From: a bacterium
GTDB lineage: Bacteria; Electryoneota; Electryoneia; Electryoneales; Electryoneaceae
Length of the DNA stretch: 64,000 bases
Assembly (NCBI GenBank): GCA_963669175.1
Contig: OY769902.1
Coordinates: 1,920,001 to 1,984,000, forward strand
Direction: 5' to 3'
Shown: one piece after another, positions 58,803 through 64,000 of the stretch
Layout: every line of letters starts with the position of its first letter
Position numbering within the stretch: the first letter of the stretch is position 1
Notes under the pieces: generated by a model
Told to the model about the DNA's origin: nothing
The model's input: only the letters and a program-made list of their open reading frames with translations
Database searches by the model: none
Position numbers and translations under genes: made by a program

Positions 58803-60989
58803 ATGTCATCTTCATTTGAACGGATCGCAGAACAACTTCCTTCGCGCCTGGCCAATACTCTTGGACGGTTGTCCTATTGGCCCATTAATGATGCGTCGAT
58901 CAATAGCGTCACCGGTGTGTGGAAACTGGCCGGGGACAAGATTGCATCGCTTCCTGCGCAGGTTCGGAAGGAACGCAGGGAGTTCATGTTTGAGATGTTC
59001 GAAACGCTGGGCGAATTGGACGCGGATATTCTCACGCTTTCCTGTGGTATTTTGACGCCCTTACTGGAAATTACATCAGAAGATGAAATAGACGTTCGTG
59101 AATTCACTGGGGAAACAGGGCAATCTGTTCTGGCGGGCTGCCGTGTCCTGATGAATCTGAAGTTTGAACCTCCACGTGATATTGATGGCAGACAAGCGGA
59201 GTACTTCCGCAGGCTGATTCTTGCCATGACACCTGACTTGCGAGCAATACTCATTTTGCTGGCATGGCGCCTGATACAATTGAGAAAAGTGAATACGCTG
59301 GAACAGGAGCCGGGAAACTACCTGGCTAGTGCAGCACTGGAAGTTTATGCGCCGTTGGCCCACCGTCTCGGTATCGGACGCTTCAAATGGGAGCTGGAAG
59401 ACCGGGCTTTTCGTCAACTGGACAATGAAACCTATTCCCAATATGCGGACCTGGTCGCTGAACGTCGTGCTGAACGACAAGCCGCAATTGATCGTTTTAT
59501 TGAGCCCATCCGCGAACATATGGCAGAAGAAGGGCTGTCAGGGCAGGTGTATGGTCGTCCCAAACATATCTACAGCATCTTTAACAAGATTCGTTTCCGC
59601 AACAAGCAGTTTGAGGATATTCTCGACCTGCTGGCAGTGCGTATCCTGGTGCCCACGGTAAAGGACTGTTACCACACTTTGAGCCTGGTACACTCCATTT
59701 ACGATCCGCTTCTCAATGCCTTCGGTGATTATATCGCCCGTCCCAAGCAGAACCTGTATCGTTCCCTCCATACCAAGGTCATCGACTGGGAAGGCAGGAT
59801 TGTCGAAGTTCAGATCCGTACCCACGAGATGCACCTGGTGGCGGAGAAAGGTATCGCAGCACACTGGCAATACAAGGAAGGAATCACCTCTACCGGGAAC
59901 ACCGGGGCACGATATTACAAGTGGGTGCGGGATATCATCGGTGAAATCAGCAATGAACCGGAAGCCTTTGTCCCATTGAAAGTGCAACTATTCCGGGACT
60001 TTGTGTTTGTTTACTCACCCAAAGGCGAGCTGATGCAACTGCCACGGGGAGCGACACCTGTGGATTTTGCCTTTGCCATTCATTCGGACCTTGGCCTGTC
60101 CACCCAGGGAGCTACAGTTAATGGACGTATTGTTACGCTGGATTATGAACTGCATAACCTGGATGTCGTCAATGTTCAGTCCGGATCAGCGCCCAAGCCC
60201 AGTCGTGATTGGCTGGCGTTTGTAAAGAGTCCGCGAGCTCGTCAGAAAATCAAACATGTGCTGAAACAGAAAGAATACGACAAGTCGTTGTCCCTGGGAC
60301 GCGACATGCTGAAACAGGCGTTCAGTGATAAACTATCAAAACCCACGATGCAGGAACTCACCAACCTGGCCGGTGAGCTGGGGTATGATAACCTGGATGA
60401 CCTGTTCGCGGCTGTGGGTGCGGGTGATCAGGGCAGTGGTTCGGTTGTCAGTGCGTGGGAACGGCATCTGCATGAGCAGAAGGATGACTCCTCGCGGGAT
60501 CTGGTCTATTATGCAGGCCGTCCCGCAAAATTACAGAAATCGGCCAATGAAATTCTCGTTGACGGCTCAGACAATCTGGAAGTGAATTACGCTTCCTGCT
60601 GTCACCCGGTGCCCGGTGATGACATCTTCGGTTATATCAGCAAGAGTCGTGGTATTGTGGTACACCGCAGGGATTGCCCCAACGCTGCCAATCTTCTGCT
60701 GGATGCTTTCCGCCTGATCGATGTGGAGTGGAACGTGGAACGTCCCGCTACACGGTTCCGTGCGTGTTTGAAAATCTTCACCGGTGATCGGCCGAATATG
60801 GTGCGTGACCTGGCTGAAGTGCTGTCACGTGAAGAGGTCAATGTTGTCGAAATGAATCTGCGGACAGAGGATGGCATTGGAGTAGGGATTACGACAGTTG
60901 AAGTGACCGGACAGCAGCAACTGGATCGTCTGATCAGGCAGATCAGTGGGATCAACGGAGTGGATAGTGTGCAGCGCGTGGGGGAATGA
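58803..60989 (+). CDS. relA: Long RelA/SpoT homolog ((p)ppGpp synthetase, TGS, ZFD, ACT) with degenerate hydrolase domain
   Basis: YAPLAHRLG, GRPKHIYSI, YRSLHT, EVQIRT, TPVDFAF.IH, CCHPVPGD; no HD motif; start approximate. Confidence 0.9.
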   Translation: MSSSFERIAEQLPSRLANTLGRLSYWPINDASINSVTGVWKLAGDKIASLPAQVRKERREFMFEMFETLGELDADILTLSCGILTPLLEITSEDEIDVREFTGETGQSVLAGCRVLMNLKFEPPRDIDGRQAEYFRRLILAMTPDLRAILILLAWRLIQLRKVNTLEQEPGNYLASAALEVYAPLAHRLGIGRFKWELEDRAFRQLDNETYSQYADLVAERRAERQAAIDRFIEPIREHMAEEGLSGQVYGRPKHIYSIFNKIRFRNKQFEDILDLLAVRILVPTVKDCYHTLSLVHSIYDPLLNAFGDYIARPKQNLYRSLHTKVIDWEGRIVEVQIRTHEMHLVAEKGIAAHWQYKEGITSTGNTGARYYKWVRDIIGEISNEPEAFVPLKVQLFRDFVFVYSPKGELMQLPRGATPVDFAFAIHSDLGLSTQGATVNGRIVTLDYELHNLDVVNVQSGSAPKPSRDWLAFVKSPRARQKIKHVLKQKEYDKSLSLGRDMLKQAFSDKLSKPTMQELTNLAGELGYDNLDDLFAAVGAGDQGSGSVVSAWERHLHEQKDDSSRDLVYYAGRPAKLQKSANEILVDGSDNLEVNYASCCHPVPGDDIFGYISKSRGIVVHRRDCPNAANLLLDAFRLIDVEWNVERPATRFRACLKIFTGDRPNMVRDLAEVLSREEVNVVEMNLRTEDGIGVGITTVEVTGQQQLDRLIRQISGINGVDSVQRVGE

Positions 60990-61067
60990 GCGGACGATCG
61001 CGTCCGATAGGTTCTCAGAATTATTCGCAACGCGCCATCTGGTGAGGATAGATGACTAAAATCGACT

Positions 61068-61272
61068 GTTCCGGACGGAATAACCTGAATGTTAATATTG
61101 ATTTACAATACGGCTTTTTAGGCAACCCGCTGCCGGGGTTGAATATGGCGAGGAGTGTTCTTTTCCCACCGTGAGCGCCAAACAGACGGCGCTGGACGGT
61201 GGGCTAATTCAGGGAACCACTGCCGTGGTTCTTGTTCAGATCCTTCCTTCTTAGATCACATTTCAAACTGCC
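61068..61272 (+). repeat. Family A element, partial copy
   Basis: GGCAACCCGCTGCCGGGGTTG...CCCACCGTGAGCGCCAAACAGACGGCGCTGGACGGTGGGCTAAT...GTGGTTCTTGT shared with the 9950 and 62579 copies. Confidence 0.8.
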
Positions 61273-61290
61273 ACTTATACATGATTCAGG

Positions 61291-62217
61291 CTAAAACACA
61301 AGTCGCATGCTGAGCCCGGGCGAACCCTGTTCATCGACGACGGTCGGAAAGATGGCGAGGTTGTCATGTCTGCGGCTCAGGTTGTGCGCCAGAACCGCAC
61401 CGAATATGGCTCCCGCATAAACGTCTGAAGGCCAGTGCCTACGGTCCGCAATACGTTGGAAGCTTACCGCAGAAGCGATTCCATATAAACCTATATCAAT
61501 GGGCCAGGAGTCAATGTATTTGGACAGAATTATGGCGATAGGCCAGACAGTCACCGCATGGCCAGAGTAAAATGATGATGAACCGAGCCAACTGTAAGAC
61601 CTGTGCCCCAGACCCGTCACAGGACGTTCGCGTCCGATGGTGGCAATGACCAGCGCTTTTATCGGCGCCGCCATAAGCCAGGCTTCCAGAATCTCGCCGC
61701 TGGCTCTGAAAATGACTGGCTGATCGAGATAATACCCCAGGATCATTGTCGCCAATCCCGCAGGAATCAGGTAGAATTGCTCGCCTGCCCATTCAAAAGC
61801 TGTTCCCGTGTCTACCGCCCATTTCATCCAGGGCTCATTCTTGTTTCGTTGAACTGCTTTGTAAATCTCCAGGTCGTACGAATAGATAAGGACACCCGCG
61901 CCTGCGATTCCGGTGAACCAGGCCAGCCCGCGCCAGGTTGGTCGCAAATACGGAGTGTAACAATACCCCGCATCACCGAGAATGACCATCCCGGTCTTCT
62001 TCAGATTGCGCCATGAATGGTGCGATTGGGAGGATTGTGAACGGTTGCCATCTGAATCAGCCTGAAATAGAGCTGCATTGACCATGGCTGAATGGATATG
62101 GACAGGTAGCCGGAAACCGATAACATCGACACTGGAAGTTGATTCGACAGGAGATGTCTGTGAAAATACCGAAGATGATAATGTCAGCATTAAGCATAGA
62201 ACGCAAACAAAACGCAT
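61291..62217 (-). CDS. PAP2-family phosphatase
   Basis: K...GRERP, SFYSGH, RI..RRHWPSDV..G. Confidence 0.85.
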   Translation of the reverse strand: MRFVCVLCLMLTLSSSVFSQTSPVESTSSVDVIGFRLPVHIHSAMVNAALFQADSDGNRSQSSQSHHSWRNLKKTGMVILGDAGYCYTPYLRPTWRGLAWFTGIAGAGVLIYSYDLEIYKAVQRNKNEPWMKWAVDTGTAFEWAGEQFYLIPAGLATMILGYYLDQPVIFRASGEILEAWLMAAPIKALVIATIGRERPVTGLGHRSYSWLGSSSFYSGHAVTVWPIAIILSKYIDSWPIDIGLYGIASAVSFQRIADRRHWPSDVYAGAIFGAVLAHNLSRRHDNLAIFPTVVDEQGSPGLSMRLVF

Positions 62218-62578
62218 GTTTCCTCGCTTTGCAAATTTCTGTTGAATCACGAATTGCTGAATATGTGGTCCTGATATTCCTGGCGCAAATCCCATGTGGA
62301 AGAAAAGAAATAAAGATGATGTATTGCCAGCATTGGCTGCAACAGGCAGGAGACAAAAGGCGCTTCGCTTTTTTGTAAGGGACATCAATACTATGATCAT
62401 ATGTCGAAACTTGCCGTCACGTCATCCCGGAAACGCTGCCGTTTAGCGTTGTCCGGGATCTACTCCCCATGACACTCGTACTATTGCTGGCTAAGAGAAC
62501 TCCAGTAAAAGCATTCCCCTTTTCTTAAACAGGGGAATTCTGATAGACTCGTCAGATGTGTGTACCCTTCGGGGACGA

Positions 62579-63057
62579 TTAGCCCGAATATTTCATGAAC
62601 GAAACATGGATAATCATCTTAACACATTTCATATCAACACATTACAACTGATTCATACAGCATTTTTCAGGGGACAGTTTGCTCCGGTATCCCTTTGCGT
62701 GTCTATTCCCTGTTTCGCTGGCAAGATGAGGCTGAGTATCGGCAACCGCCCCGGCAGGGGCAACCTGTATTAGCCCCGGGCAGCCGCCGTCAGTTTGGCG
62801 GCTACCCGGGGAGATAATGCGCACCATATATTTACTCCGGAAGGAGTAACCTGATAAATATCAAAAGTATACAGTGGAAATATTCAGGCAACCCGCTGCC
62901 GGGGTTGGCAAGTAGCGTACATCCTATTCCCACCGTGAGCGCCAAACAGACGGCGCTGGACAGTGGGCTAATCCAGAGAACCACTGCCGTGGTTCTTGTA
63001 CTGGCCGTTCCATCAAGTATCACATTGAAATTGCCAGTGGTGAAATCTTCGGGTTAG
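62579..63057 (+). mobile_element. MITE-like structured element family A, full-length copy (479 bp)
   Basis: Terminal inverted repeats TTAGCCCGAATATTTCA / TGAAATCTTCGGGTTAG; colinear with 9950-10400. Confidence 0.75.
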
Positions 63058-63186
63058 TGTGGTAGTCCTTGTCTTCCCGGGGTTTACACACTGTCTCTTA
63101 CCCACATCCTCTGAAAGCTTTATCAGCAAAAGGATTGTGGACATCGTATTTTTAGAATCCCGGCGGGATTCCCTATTTTAGCATAG

Positions 63187-63456
63187 TGTACAGGCCGTCT
63201 GTTTGGCCTGTACACTATGTCAGGATTTCTAACGAACAATCAACCCTGGAAGGGTTGCATAATGAGCAGTCAATATTAGTTTATTCAATTATTACAGGTA
63301 ATAACGTAATTTATATCCTTTATAAATCAATTGGGTATCAATTATACTTTATGCAACCCTTTCAGGGTTGATATGAGGTTTGATCTTTTTCGTAGGGTAG
63401 GCGCTAAACAGACAGCGCCTACCCTACGCTAAAATATCCCACCCCCACGGGGTGGC
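63187..63456. repeat. REP-like hairpin cluster (CAACCCT..AGGGTTG doublet; CCGTCTGTTTGG loop)
   Basis: Inverted CAACCCTGGAAGGGTTGCATA / TATGCAACCCTTTCAGGGTTG; GTAGGGTAGGCGC...GCGCCTACCCTAC. Confidence 0.7.
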
Positions 63457-63653
63457 AGAAACACGAAGATGTGAGTAAGAGACAGGGTTTACACACCCGC
63501 GCTATTCAAGTGCCACCTCTTCGAGGTGATTTGGCAACTTATACCATTAATACCATATTGTTTAACCATCGGATTACCCATTCGAAACAGCAAAGAACTA
63601 AAAAAGCCCCGCAAAGCAGGGCTGGAAATTCTGAAATCAATACTCGGATTGTA

Positions 63654-64000
63654 CTACTCGTTTTTCTCCGTCTCGTCTGAATCCTCGCCAGGAACTGCTT
63701 TTGGTGCAAAACGGCTGACGTCGTCGGTCGGAACATCGTTTTCTACAACCGCTTCTTCAACCGGTTCATCGTCACGGTACAGTTTCTGATCTACCGGAGG
63801 GATTGTGTAATAATCGTCTTCTACAGGCTTCTCAGGTTCGTCTTTGCCATTGCGAACGCCGATGAAACGTGATGCCAGCAGTCCGCCGCCCGATAGCAAC
63901 AGGGCCAGCCCGATTACGATAACTCCCGTTTCACCATCCACAAGGCCGCCAATGCATATGGCCAGACCAATACCGAGCAGAACCAGCGGCCAGGCAAACG
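63654..64000 (-). CDS. Membrane protein, 3' part (truncated by window edge)
   Basis: Open frame to the window edge with hydrophobic helices and an acidic tail; hairpin at 63604-63623 downstream. Confidence 0.55.
   Translation of the reverse strand, partial: FAWPLVLLGIGLAICIGGLVDGETGVIVIGLALLLSGGGLLASRFIGVRNGKDEPEKPVEDDYYTIPPVDQKLYRDDEPVEEAVVENDVPTDDVSRFAPKAVPGEDSDETEKNE

Overview
Bacterial chromosomal window of moderate GC. It is probably from an FCB-superphylum lineage outside Bacteroidota; this is inferred from three secreted proteins ending in a 'PNPFN...K(V/L)(V/L)L(L/K)' T9SS/FlgD-type sorting tail. Core genes are ruvB, obgE, dprA, lepA-lepB, hflX and a long RSH. Other content includes amt plus a porin, glcD-like plus lat, a GAF-sigma54 activator overlapping a Ser/Thr kinase, MEDS plus a PAS hybrid kinase, a complete hoxEFUYH-W hydrogenase operon and a subclass B1 metallo-beta-lactamase-like gene. 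Intergenic space is dense in palindromic REP/MITE-like repeats of several families, plus an IS3 relic. No rRNA, tRNA or CRISPR was seen. The most unusual locus is 19.3-25.2 kb. There, an AT-rich two-gene secreted-protein cassette sits behind a predicted promoter with a G12 tract between -35 and -10, and is bracketed by modular repeat arrays. The left array holds an orphan copy of the cargo gene's last codons and 3' trailer, which suggests a repeat-mediated, phase-variable, swappable surface-protein locus. All calls come from reading the sequence; no searches were run.
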